Virus record (IMG/VR): IMGVR_UViG_3300037258_000301
Location: 64,001-128,000 of that record
Strand: one strand, 5' to 3'
DNA length: 64,000 nt
Source of the DNA: a virus
Part shown: in pieces, positions 63,598-64,000 of the stretch
Layout: each line of letters starts with the position of its first letter
How positions within the stretch are numbered: the first letter of the stretch is position 1
Translations under genes and position numbers: made by a program
The notes under the pieces: model-generated
Databases searched by the model: none
What the model saw: only the letters and a program-made list of their open reading frames with translations
Told to the model about the DNA's origin: nothing

Positions 63598-64000
63598 CGT
63601 GGCCCCCGAGTGCTACTCATGAGGAGCTGAAGGATCTGATTCCTGGCTTCGATCAGGATCGTCATGTGGGGCACGAGCATGAGGTGTACGACTACCACCC
63701 CGCCTATCCCATCAAGGGCGGCATAGTCGGGCTACACAAGGGCAAGTCGCCCTGGGGTTTCTACTCCGAAGACAGTCGTGCTCGTGATGACGACCTCGAT
63801 CGTTGGAGTGATCTCCAGGACCGCATCAAGAGAACTCCCGGTGACGTACACCCTCTCGTTATTTCCGGTGGGCACCTCCTCGACGGATTCCATCGCGCAA
63901 GCTTGGCTCTCAATGCCCGGAAAAATACCTTCCATGCCTACGTTGCTCGCTCGGAGAGCGCACAGAAGGAAGGTCGATCTCAAGGGTCACGCGACTCTGC
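63594..64000 (+). CDS. ParB/Srx-like nuclease-domain protein, 3'-truncated by the window edge
   Basis: GTGA overlap; translated by hand: PLVISGGHLLDGFHRASLAL..FHAYV (DGxHR motif); open to the window end, absent from the ORF track. Confidence 0.7.
   Translation, partial: MTWPPSATHEELKDLIPGFDQDRHVGHEHEVYDYHPAYPIKGGIVGLHKGKSPWGFYSEDSRARDDDLDRWSDLQDRIKRTPGDVHPLVISGGHLLDGFHRASLALNARKNTFHAYVARSESAQKEGRSQGSRDS

Noticed and set aside
1-64000. tRNA, tmRNA, integrase or alternative genetic code
   Set aside because: No cloverleaf or integrase motifs recognised by eye (a tRNA scan would confirm); conserved genes are intact under code 11

Overview
This 64-kb window is part of a large, high-GC tailed phage genome with a contractile (myovirus-type) tail. 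Gene content and order recall the actinobacterial myoviruses of the Mycobacterium cluster C / Rhodococcus E3 type; that relationship is from recognition, not from a search. 1-30.1 kb is a virion module: neck, sheath, tube, frameshifted tail chaperone, tape measure, hub with two peptidoglycan-hydrolase domains, and baseplate. It is interrupted by an oppositely oriented cassette of beta-helix tailspike, GH16 glycosidase and double-HNH endonuclease. 30.2-43 kb holds an intein-containing SNF2 helicase, a block of small reverse-strand genes, a glycosyltransferase, a DinG helicase and a holin-like gene. 43-58 kb is a replication/recombination module: 5'-3' exonuclease, DnaC-like loader, DnaB, primase, J-domain/gp32-type SSB read-through, DnaE, RecA, two PD-(D/E)xK nucleases and RuvC. 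58-64 kb holds a sigma-region-4/HNH fusion, terminase genes and probable head-associated genes. The most notable unannotated signal is a candidate transcription-control circuit. It comprises a CTGT-N21/22-GTAA element before four late transcription units (including the inverted tailspike cassette), a second four-copy promoter family with a TCAG(G/A)G spacer box, and a long hairpin over the leader of the sigma-like/HNH gene. No tRNA, rRNA, CRISPR array, integrase or reverse transcriptase was recognised.
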